A stretch of 64,000 bases of DNA from Antechinus flavipes (taxonomy: Eukaryota): the NCBI RefSeq assembly GCF_016432865.1, contig NC_067398.1:654906001-654970000 (forward strand), written 5' to 3'. Of the stretch, positions 44,401 through 57,722 are shown in pieces. The notes beneath the pieces are model-generated. The model was given only the letters and a program-made list of their open reading frames with translations. It did no database searches and was not told the origin of the DNA. How positions within the stretch are numbered: the stretch's first letter is position 1; each line of letters begins with the position of its first letter. The translations under genes were made by a program, and so were the position numbers.

Positions 44401-44865
44401 GGAGAAACTTTTACACATCCAAATGTATTGACTGCTACAAGTAGTTACAAGTGCTGGAGCCCCGCACCCAGCCTCCGCCCCGCCTGCCCGGGCCCAGTCT
44501 CAGCTTCCTGGGAAGAAGCTCGGCCCAAGAGGGAGGGCAGACGCCCGGGCTCGGGGCAGGCAGGTGCAGGATCCTCTTTCGCCCAAGGTGCCTTCGGCAG
44601 GGGGGCTGGAGAGGAAATCAGAGCCGGGGGACGCTGATAGGCCGGAGCCCAAGAAGAGGCAATCCTCCAGCAGCAGGGTGGGGTGGGGACCCTCCCACGT
44701 GGACTCACAGTCTGAAGCTCTAGATTTGGAGCAGAGGCTGGGAGGTGAACACGGAAGTGAAGAAAGAACCAGTTTCTGGCATTTTCTTTTTTCTTTTTTC
44801 TTTTTTTTTTTTTTTTTTGGCCCAGGGACCAAAAGTAAAAGCCTGAGGTCCTGAGATCCACGTGT

Positions 44866-46018
44866 CTACCACGGGGGTGTCATAGGCTGGGGGTTCTGGA
44901 GGTAGGACATCACCACAGCAGAAATGGAGAGCCTGGTTGGCCGAAAAGAAGCTGGGGTTAGAAACAAGCTGGGAAGAACTGGGGCTCTCTGAACCTCTGA
45001 TAGGGAAGGGGGCCCAAGGACAATGGGAGAGCCCCCATCGGGCCTTTGCCCAATGACTTACATGAAGCTGCTCATCATCTGCTTGGTATCTTCAGAGCTT
45101 CGAGAGTTGGCAAAGCTAATGAAGGAACAGTAGACAGCAATCCAAGCACACCACTTCAACTGGGGAGAAGAAAGGCAGAGTCTTTGACCAAGCACCTTAG
45201 GGTCACCCCGGAGGCGTGGCTTCTCCCCCAGGGCGCCTCCTCAGAGACTCTCCCCCCTGTCCCTGGGCTGTACCTTGAGCATGAGGCCGCACATGCTGAA
45301 GATCATTCCCAGCAGGTTCATGTAGTCGGGAGTGGGATCCTCCAGCGCCGGATTGTTCTCCGTGGCAGGTGGCTTGTACCTGGGAACACGAAGGCAACAC
45401 AGAAAAGGGTTTTGCCAGCCCATCTAGAAACCCAGTGAGAAAATTCAAGCTCTCCAAGCTTAGGATAGGAAAGCACAATCTTCCCTGGATGTCTAAGTAC
45501 AGGGAATGAGTCACAAAGTTGACTTTCCCTGCCTGGGAAGCGCAGGAAATGGAACCAAGGGAAATGACTTTTCCTCCCCGGATCTCCACGCAGGGGAGAC
45601 ACATCACCAGCTTGCCTAACCCCGATCTCTAAGCGCAGGCTGGGAAGGTCAAGGAGCAGGCTTCCTCGGCTAAGAATCTCTAACCTCAGGCTGGGGGGAA
45701 AGGGGGAAAAGTTAAGGAACCGGCTTCCCCAGGTTAGGATCCGCAGCCTGGGAGATGTCAAGGAGCCGGCTTCCCCAGCTAAGCATGTCTAAGCGCAGGC
45801 TGGTGGAAGAAGGAGCCGCTTCTCCAGGTAAAGCTCGAAGGGGATGGGGGTGTCAAGGAGCCAGATTCCCCGGGAAAGCATCTCCAAGCGCTGGGAGCAG
45901 ACAAGGAATGGATTTCACTGTCCAGAAATTTCTGAGTTTGGGGGGCGGTTGCGGGGCTGGATCCTCACCTGAGCACCTTGTTGGGCCTCCGGGGGTCCGA
46001 CATATTGTTGGCGGACAT
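44866..46018 (-). CDS. WDR83OS: PAT complex subunit Asterix (WDR83 opposite strand), 4 exons, 106 aa
   Basis: Exons 45969-46018, 45274-45379, 45062-45159, 44866-44932 total 321 nt. Protein: [21 protein letters not shown]...[73 protein letters not shown]. Confidence 0.97.
45425..45910. repeat. Degenerate ~45-60-bp tandem repeat filling most of WDR83OS intron 1
   Basis: Recurring TCTAAGCGCAGGCTGG...GTCAAGGAGCCGGCTTCCCC...TAAG units, clearest from 45629 to 45900. Confidence 0.7.
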
Positions 46019-46207
46019 TGCCGGGCCGGGAAGGGGCGGGGTGTACGGCGGAGGAGCGAAGAGGCACGGGAACCACCGGCCCTGACCCCGCCCCTTCCTC
46101 TCCCTCCGCCGGCACTTCCGGCACTGTACAGCTTCTGAAGCATAGGGGAGCTTCTAGCGTGTAACACCAGAGACTTGGACGCTTTCGTTCCAAGGACCAC
46201 CCCGAGC
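46019..46207. promoter_or_regulatory. Bidirectional WDR83OS/WDR83 CpG promoter
   Basis: Only 189 nt separate the divergent ATGs. ETS motif ACTTCCGG at 46114-46121; GC boxes near 46033 and 46086. Confidence 0.75.
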
Positions 46208-48544
46208 ATGGCGTTCCCAGAGCCGAGGCCCACGAAGCCGGAGCTGCCTCGGAAGTCAGTGCGCAGCCTACCGTGCCGCCAGGGAGCCGTGCGGGCTGTG
46301 CGCTTCAACGGTCCGTGCTCTCCCTACTCGGGAAGGGGAGGGAGGGGGAGGAGTAGAGGAGGAACGAGGAAAGAGAAAGGAGGGGAGGCGGGAGAGGGAG
46401 AGAAGAGAGAGGAGGGGAAGGAGCAACAGCCGGAACGGCTCGGACTCTGCCCTTCCCCGCAGTCGATGGTCGCTACTGCCTGACCTGTGGCAGTGACAAG
46501 TCACTGTGCCTGTGGAGCCCACTGCGGGGGACGTTGCTTCGGACCTACAGTGGCCACGGGGCCGAGGTGCTGGATGCTGCGGGGTGAGCTGCCTCCCCTC
46601 CCCCCCCCCCATGTGCCGCTTTCCCGGGGAGGCCCTCCCCGATTGGTCAGTCTTCCCTTCTCCAGGTGTCCCCAATGTTCTTCCACTGGAATTCATCCTT
46701 GTCCCCTAAACTGTAAACTGCCCTCCCCCCTCCCCCCAAGCTCAGGCGCCCTGCCCCTGGAGCTTCCTCCTGTACCCATGACAAGTGTGCTTTCTCCCAC
46801 CCTACTCTAGCTCCTTTGACAACAGCCGCCTGTGCTCTGGGGGAAGTGACCGAGCTGTTCTGTTTTGGGACGTGGCATCAGGCCAGATTCTCCGAAAATT
46901 CCGGGGCCACGCGGGGGTAAGGGCAGGGCCTACAATGGCCGAAGGGACGTCCAAGGCCCCCCCATCCCCTGCCTCCCTAGCCGGGGCCCCAGAGAATGTC
47001 TCCTCCCATGCGCTATGCCTCTTGCTCCTTCCCACAACTACACAACTTCCCCAACAGCTTGGTCCTGGCTGGGTCTTGGGGTCTCCTCGGAAAGCCCATT
47101 TTGACCATTTGTTCTCTACCCCCATCCCACGCTGGCTTTACAGAAGGTGAACTGTGTGCAGTTCAATGAAGAAGCCACAGTGATTGTGTCTGGTAAGTGC
47201 AGAGTTCTGGGGGTAAGGGGGAGCTCCAAGAGCCTCAGTCCCACCAGGGCTTCCATTTCACCGGGAGCTGGGTTCTGGCTGCAGGCTCCATTGATTCAAG
47301 TGTCCGGTGCTGGGACTGCCGCTCACGCCGCCCTGACCCAGTCCAGATCCTAGATGAAGCCAAGGATGGTATCTCCAGTGTCAAGCTCTCAGACCACGAG
47401 ATCCTAGCAGGGTGAGCGCCCCAGAGAAAGCGGGGGAAGACCGTCTGGCAGAGACCAAACAAAGCTTGGTGCTTCAAGCCCTCTTCCCTGCTCTCTCCCC
47501 AGTTCTGTGGATGGACGCTCACGGCGCTATGACCTTCGGATGGGAGAGCTGTATGCAGACTATGTGGGAAGTGAGTATGGGGCACAAGGAGCTTGAGAAG
47601 ATAGGGCTGGAGCACTGCTCCTCACCCTGCCCCTTTTACAGGTCCCATCACATGTGTGTGCTTTAGCAAAGATGGCCAGTGCACGCTCATCTCCAGCCTG
47701 GACTCTTCCCTTCGGCTCCTGGACAAAGATACAGGGGAGCTGCTTGGAGAGTGAGTGAGCCAACAAAGCTGGGGGCCTCTCATCGATTCATCCATTTGTT
47801 CAAAAGCTCCTATATCGTATATATACATCTTCAGGCACAGAATATACACAAAAAAAGCTGTGACTGAGGGGTAATAGGTAAAATTGTAAAACATGAGATG
47901 CTGAAAGAGGCACCAAAGATGGTTTTCCAAGGAGAGTCTGGGAAAGCTTCATGGTGGGGGGATCATGACAGGGTTAGCCTTCGAAGGAATGAAGAAGAAA
48001 AGTTTGCACAAAATCAGACAGAAATGACTATATTCCAGACCTAGAAAAAGCATTAGATAAGGCAGAACACTACTTGGGGGGGAGGAGGGGATAGAGAAGG
48101 GGGCCTCAAGGGTCTGTTTCTTGCAGGAAGGAGTGGGGAGCCTTAAGCTCTCAGGAGCCAGCCTGACTTCTCCCCACCTCAGGTACACAGGGCACAAAAA
48201 TCGAGAATATAAGCTGGACTGCTGCCTGAGTGAGCGAGATACCCACGTGGTCAGTGCGTCAGAGGACGGACATGTCTACTTCTGGGACCTGGTGGAGGTG
48301 AGTGTCCCCATCTCAGGACTGCCCAGCAACTAGCACCTTGCCTTCTCCCTCTCTTCCTCCTCCTCACTATAACCTTTCTGTTTTATCTTAGGGTACGCTG
48401 GCTTTGACCCTGCCTGTGAGTCATGGTGTAGTGCAGTCCCTGGCCTTCCACCCTACGGAGCCCTGCCTGCTGACAGCATCGGAAGGGAATGTGCAGTGCT
48501 GGCGAGAAGAGTCATTTGTAGCAGAGGATGAGTTGCCGGCTTGA
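46208..48544 (+). CDS. WDR83: WD repeat protein 83 (MORG1), 9 coding exons, 316 aa
   Basis: Exons 46208-46310, 46463-46583, 46811-46916, 47144-47192, 47285-47411, 47503-47570, 47642-47750, 48183-48297, 48392-48544 total 951 nt, all GT-AG. Begins MAFPEPRP...[23 protein letters not shown] and carries WD40 repeats. Confidence 0.96.
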
Positions 48545-48582
48545 GGGGCAACAGAAACATGCCTGGATGGAAATATATGGAG

Positions 48583-48588
48583 TTTATT
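48583..48588 (-). terminator. DHPS poly(A) signal AATAAA
   Basis: TTTATT on plus at 48583-48588, ~175 nt after the DHPS stop; it lies inside the WDR83 3' UTR. Confidence 0.7.
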
Positions 48589-48706
48589 GGCCTTAGGGAT
48601 CTGTACCATCTGCCACATAAAGAAACCTTTATCTAGCCCTAGGTATTTGCTGGCCTTGGCCAGGACACCATAAAAATTGGGGATGTCTGGGGAATAACTG
48701 TGAAAC

Positions 48707-48712
48707 AATAAA
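48707..48712 (+). terminator. WDR83 poly(A) signal AATAAA
   Basis: First canonical hexamer after the WDR83 stop (48544); it lies inside the DHPS 3' UTR on the other strand. Confidence 0.7.
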
Positions 48713-48763
48713 TAGGAGGGGTCAGAATCCAGAACCCCCAGATTCCTTGTTGGAACCAGCTGC

Positions 48764-51871
<3,108 letters not shown>

Positions 51872-52420
51872 GCGCGCTACGAGAGAGGTCAGAGGTCAGG
51901 GTGAGGGCTCCCGGCCCGCCCTTGGCTCACCGGGAGCTAAGCGCGATACCGGCGCCCGCACCCCTTCCCCAGTTAGCAGAGGAAAAGAAGCCGGGGAGCA
52001 GAGCTCGTGAAGGACCGGAAATGGTGCAGGTCACGTGGCGACGGAGGCCCTGGGCTCTTTTTTCAAGAGTCTCATTTCTTCTACGGATGCTGCTGAGGCT
52101 CTAGAGCTACGCGAGCGTTTGCCCGCCCTCTGTCGGCCGCCCCCAGAGAATCTTCAGGCTCCGGGTTTCCATACCCGGTCTTTGCCATTGCTCGGCATCC
52201 AGGAGATGCCCGGGGTGTGCAGTCTCACGGCTCGGGCGGGGCCGAGGCCTCCTCCTAATTCTGGAGTAGAATATACGCGGGCCCTCCCTGGTCACTTGTT
52301 ACCCTCTGTAAAATCATGGACTGGAAAGTGGAGGTCACGTGGGCGATCCCTCTTCCAGCTCTCTCTGCCCATTTCACAGATCAGTCAGCTAAGGTGGCGG
52401 CCGTGTGCAGCGTATTGAGC
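51872..52420 (-). promoter_or_regulatory. DHPS CpG-island promoter
   Basis: CpG-rich, with ETS-like CCGGAAAT at 52015-52022 and two GTCACGTG E-boxes at 52030-52037 and 52334-52341. Confidence 0.6.
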
Positions 52421-52750
52421 TAGGAAAGAGCAAAGTTTGGACAGGACATTATACCTGCTATTTAGGGTTTCTGGCATTAATACTGGAGTGCTTGTTTTAC
52501 ATATGAGGAAACTGAGGCAGGCAGGCTTAAGTGACTTCCCCAAGGTCACAAAGCTAGCATGTGAGACTGAATTTGAAATCTTCCTGATTCCAGCTCTATC
52601 CACTGCCCTACCTGGCCACCAGAAGCCAGCCATGCCAACGGATGAAATATTACCCTTTATAGAAGGACGGCAGGCAGAGCATCAAAAAAAAAAAAAAAAG
52701 TATGTATATTTACTTATATGTTCTCTAAATTTACCTATAGAGAGATGTAT

Positions 52751-52863
52751 TTTTATTTTATTTTTTCAAATACACATAAAGATAGTTTTCAATATTCATC
52801 TTGGCAAAACCTTGTGTTCCACATTTTTCTTTCTCCATTCTCCCACCTCCTCCCATAGCAAGC
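52751..52863 (-). mobile_element. 113-bp LINE-1 3' tip with 14-bp TSD upstream of DHPS
   Basis: ATAGAGAGATGTAT at 52737-52750 and 52864-52877. Confidence 0.8.
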
Positions 52864-54074
52864 ATAGAGAGATGTATGATGTATAAAGGCTGGTGGCACA
52901 ATGGAGAGTAGATTCCAGGCCTGGACTTGAATTCAGATCCAGCCTCAAACACTAATTGAACTTTGCCTCAGTTTTCTCATCTGTAAATAAACTGGAGAAG
53001 GAAATGACAAATACTCTAGTATCTTTGCCAAAAAAACCCAAATAAGGACACAGTTGACTACAACTGAAACAACAACAAAAAATGGTATAAATGGATAGAG
53101 AGCTGGATTCACGTCTTGACACATGGCAGCTGTGTGATGATGGGCAGGTCGCTTAATATCCAATTGTTCTGGTTTAGGAAATTCAAAGGCAGCAAACTTC
53201 CAAGATGTCAACCTTTTTTGGAAGACAAAATTTCCTTACCTAAAAGTTCCCCGTAAGAATGAAAATCACAGTCCCTAACACACCATCACTGTGATAATAT
53301 ATGCTTAATCAAACATATAAAAATATACATTCATTTTTTCTTCTTTCCCACTTAGTAGTATTGTATGTTTTCCAATTATGTGTAAAGATAATTTTAAATA
53401 TCTATAAGATTTTGATTTCCATTTTTCTTCCCCCTTTCCCTTCCTCCTCAAGAAAGCAAGTAATCTGATATATGTGTACAATTACATTAAACTTATTTCC
53501 ACACTAATCATGTTTGTGAAAGAAGAATCAGAACCAAAGGGGAAAACCACCGCCACAACAATAACAAAAAACAAACAATGAAAATAGTATGCTTCAATGT
53601 CCATATAGACTCCATAGTTCTTTCTCTGGCTGTGGATACCATTTTCCATCACGAGTCTTTTGGAATTGTCTTGTATCATCGTATTGCTGAGAAAAGTTAA
53701 AGTCTATCAGAGATGAGTACAGCACAGTGTTACTATCAGTGTTCAGTGTTTCACTCAGCATCAGTTCATATAATTCTTTCCAAGAAAAAATATAAATTTA
53801 AGTTAAATGTAAGTTGAAAATTTTGATCATACAGTCCAAGAGGGGCTATTGGAGTTTACTGAAAAAGGATTGGCATGGTCTGACCTGGGCTATGAGAAAA
53901 TCACTTTGGTCCCTAGGTGGAAGTTACAAGTCAGAGGTCAGTTAAAAGCTATTGGTAAAAGTCTGGGTGAGAAGCCCAATTAAGGGTGAATGGAAACAAA
54001 GGGATCTTTGTGAGAAGTAGAAAGAAGACACCTATTGATTGGCCATGAGGAGTGAGGCAAGAATTAAGCACTAC

Positions 54075-54660
54075 TTGTGGCAGTTCTTTTTGTAGTGGCA
54101 AGGAACTGGAAACTGAATGGATGCCCATCAGTTGGAGAATGGCTGAATAAGTTATGGTATATGAATATTATGGAATATTATTGTTCTGTAAGAAACGATC
54201 AGAACCAGATTATTGTATATGGCAACATTAATATTATACAACAATCAATTGTGATGGATGTGACTCTCTTCAACAATGAGAGGATTCAAACCAGTTCCAC
54301 TTGTTCAGTGAAGAGTCATCTACACCCAGAGAGAGAGCCATGGGAACAGAGTGTGCAACACAACATAGCATTCTTACTCTCTCTGCTATTTGCTTGCATT
54401 ATGTTTTCTCAGTTTTTTTTTTCTTCCTTCTTGATTTGATTTTTCTTGTGCAGCAAGATAACTGTATAAATATGAACACATATGTTGGATTTAACATGTA
54501 TTTCAACATATTTAAAGTGTATTGGACTATTGCCAGCTAGAAGGGGGTGGGAGGAAGAAGAGGAAAATTTGGAACAAAAGATTTTGCAAGGGTCAGTGTT
54601 GGAAAAATTACCCACGCATATGCTTTGTAAATAAAAAGCTTTAATTTAAAAAATAATAAT
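54075..54660 (+). mobile_element. 5'-truncated LINE-1
   Basis: ORF2 end AVLFVVARNWKLNGCPSVGEWLNKLWYMNIMEYY, followed by 3' UTR and tail. Confidence 0.88.
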
Positions 54661-54671
54661 AATGAACTGAT

Positions 54672-54815
54672 AGAGCAATTAGTTGGTGCACTGGATAGAG
54701 CACCAGCCCTGGAATCAGGAGAACCTGAGTTCAAATGAGACCTCAGACACTTAACACTTACTAGCTGTGTGACCCTGGCAAGCCACTTAACCCCAAACTG
54801 CCTTGCCAAAAAGAA
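54672..54815 (+). mobile_element. Short CORE-SINE (WSINE1-like)
   Basis: tRNA-derived head (TGGATAGAGCACCAGCCCTGG...GAGTTCAAAT), CORE (GCTGTGTGACCCTGGCAAGCCACTTAACC) and A-tail. The family name is inferred. Confidence 0.7.
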
Positions 54816-56487
54816 AATAATTCATTGATGGAGAAAAAAGTAAAAGCATGCTAAGTAATGTACTGTTTGGAATCTTTAACTGTTTTGTACCTTAGAGTTT
54901 TCTTATCTATAAAAGAGATAATTAACATCTGAAGCATCTCCTTCAAAGGGGCATTGTGAAACCAAAATGAGAATATATTGAGAGAACTATCCATCCTTTA
55001 AAGCACTATATTTTTTAAAAAATAAAGACATGTGAAAAAAAAAGCCACATATTGGATTGCTTGCCATCTAGGGGAGGGGTGGGGCAAGGGAAAATTGGGA
55101 ACACAAGGCTATGCAAGGGTCAATGTTAAAAAATTATCTATCCATGTTTTGAAAATAAAAAAGCTTTAAAAAATAAAAAATAAAACAAGAAATTTTAAAA
55201 ATAAAAAGAATTAAGGATTACAAGATGGCTTTGAGTATGAATATCAACTTGGGTGCTGGAATAGGAAAGCTCAGTAGGGTTGAAAGGACCATAATCTATC
55301 CTCAGTGACTTGGAAACAATAAAATAGGGAGGGGAGAGATGGGAAACAGGATCCAAGAAAATCTTGGGAGGCCCCCTCTCTCAACTGCCACAGCTTCACT
55401 AAGTTCGAGGAACAGGTACTTGATGAGGCTACAAGAGGTCAATGGTGGGATACAGTGGGGAAGATGGCATGGGCGTTTATTGTAAACACCAATTAAAGCA
55501 TTTCCACATACATAGTAGAGGAGGAAAACGATCCTTTATTACATTCAGATTATTTTTCTTTTGGCATGGAAGTGTTGGAAATCAGCCCATGATTGCTTAT
55601 AATCAGTCCCTCTGGACTTGGGGTCTTGCCACAACCCTTTGGAGAGTGGTCTCTTACTTTGGAGACCACTGGTGTAGACAATCTCCCTTCTGGCTGTGAT
55701 ATCCTATGATCCATGAAATCAGGCAGGACCCCAGGACATCAAGCTATGTGGTTGGACCCCCACCACAGGGTTTCTTCTGGGTTCCTGCCTGACAGATGGA
55801 TTATTGTATTCATGCCCTTGCCCCCCTCAGAGGGCTCACCGCCCACCCCACAGCCACTGCAGCTGCTGCTGTTTCCTGGCAGTGACATTCACTCCCCAGG
55901 TGTCCTGGCTTCAAAGGCACTGGTGGGAGGGAAGAAAGGGACAGCCGACCCTGGGAGTCCAGGGGGCTGGGCTATTAGTGGATGGGAGAGGCGGCATTCC
56001 TCCCTGAGCACTAAGCAGAACCAGACCCTGACAGACAGAATCTCTCCTTGGAGAGGTAAGGATCATAGGATTTAGCATAGAAAGCATAAAATGTACTTAG
56101 TCCAATATCTTTATTTTACAAAAAAAAGAAAAAAGAAACAGGCCCAGAGAAGGAATTAGACTTAAGATCTGAACCTTGAATCTGAAGCCTGACTCCACAT
56201 CCAGTGCTCACCCAGCCTTTCTGGCCTTCCCGGCAATGATCCATCCCCCCTCAGTCTTGGGCCTGGAGCGAGCCTGGGGGACTCAGGAGGAGGAGGAGGA
56301 GAGAAGATGAAGGAAGCAGACTTGAAAACCACAGTACCTAAACCTAGGAAAGGTTGCATTTCTCATTTCTCAGATGAGAAAAAGCTGAGGTGGGGGTCCA
56401 AAGTCACAGTCACAGTGACTTCAGGAGGGACTGGGTGTGGAGGCTAGCAGCTGGCCTTTCTTACTGCAAGGGGATAGGGAAACTTGA

Positions 56488-56834
<347 letters not shown>

Positions 56835-57722
56835 CTCCCCTCAAGGAACCCTTGTATCTTTAGACACCTCTGTTGTGAGAGCCTTCCCTTCGAATTTCAG
56901 TACTCCTCACCTTCCTGTCCTAAGCTGCCTGACACCAGGCTCCTATGGCCCAAGACAGACCCCACCCCACTGTTCCCTCGCTCCCCTGAGACATTTCCAT
57001 CCTGTGACCCCTCCCCTCCAAAAAAAGAACCTTTGATCTCCTCTCCTGTCCCTTCAATCCTAGAGTCTGAGGCACAGGAAAATGCAGGTCAGGCCTTATT
57101 GAAGTCCTCAGTTCCATGGGAGTCTGAGTCTGTCTGGGAAGGAGAACCAAGAACCTCTCCGACCTCGGAAGGATCTGGGCGTCCCATAGAGGCATTTCAC
57201 ACTCACCCACTGCCCAGTCTCTCCCTCAGCCTCTAATAAAACACGCTTCTCACATCCCGGCCTACTGCTGTCATTCAGTAAGCACAGGGCAGAAGTGACA
57301 CACCATGAGCAGCGTCACAAATGGGTGTCCCATCTCCGTCCACAGGAAGGCACCAGTGACCTCACAGGCCCCAAAGTACACAGCAGGGGGAAATCATCCA
57401 ACAGGTTTATTCCTGAGCTTTGGCCTCAACAGCAGGAAAAAAAGGATATTCCAATAATAAATAACAGGGAGGGGAGGGGACCAGCCAAGCCCTCATGGGA
57501 CGGACCTCACCACTCATCCGGCCCCTCAGGAGCTATGACCTTGCACAGTGGGAGCAATATCCCTGGCCACTACAGAAAACGGCCAGGGACTCTGGTAGCA
57601 CCACAGAACCAGGTCTGAGACCTGGACAGTTGGGATGGTCCCCAACCTTGGGGTTGGGGCCGTGATGAGGGAAGTATCCCAGGATGCCTCAGCCAGACTC
57701 GGTCCTCTGGGCCCTGCCTTCT

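Noticed and set aside
47141-47146. NAGNAG acceptor (CAG AAG) at WDR83 coding exon 4
   Set aside because: The distal AAG is a weak acceptor and would only drop one Lys; there is no evidence of use.
54672-54760. tRNA-like A/B-box sequences in SINE heads (many copies)
   Set aside because: They continue into CORE-SINE bodies and lack a cloverleaf or CCA arm, so they are not tRNA genes. I recognised no rRNA, snoRNA or CRISPR array either.
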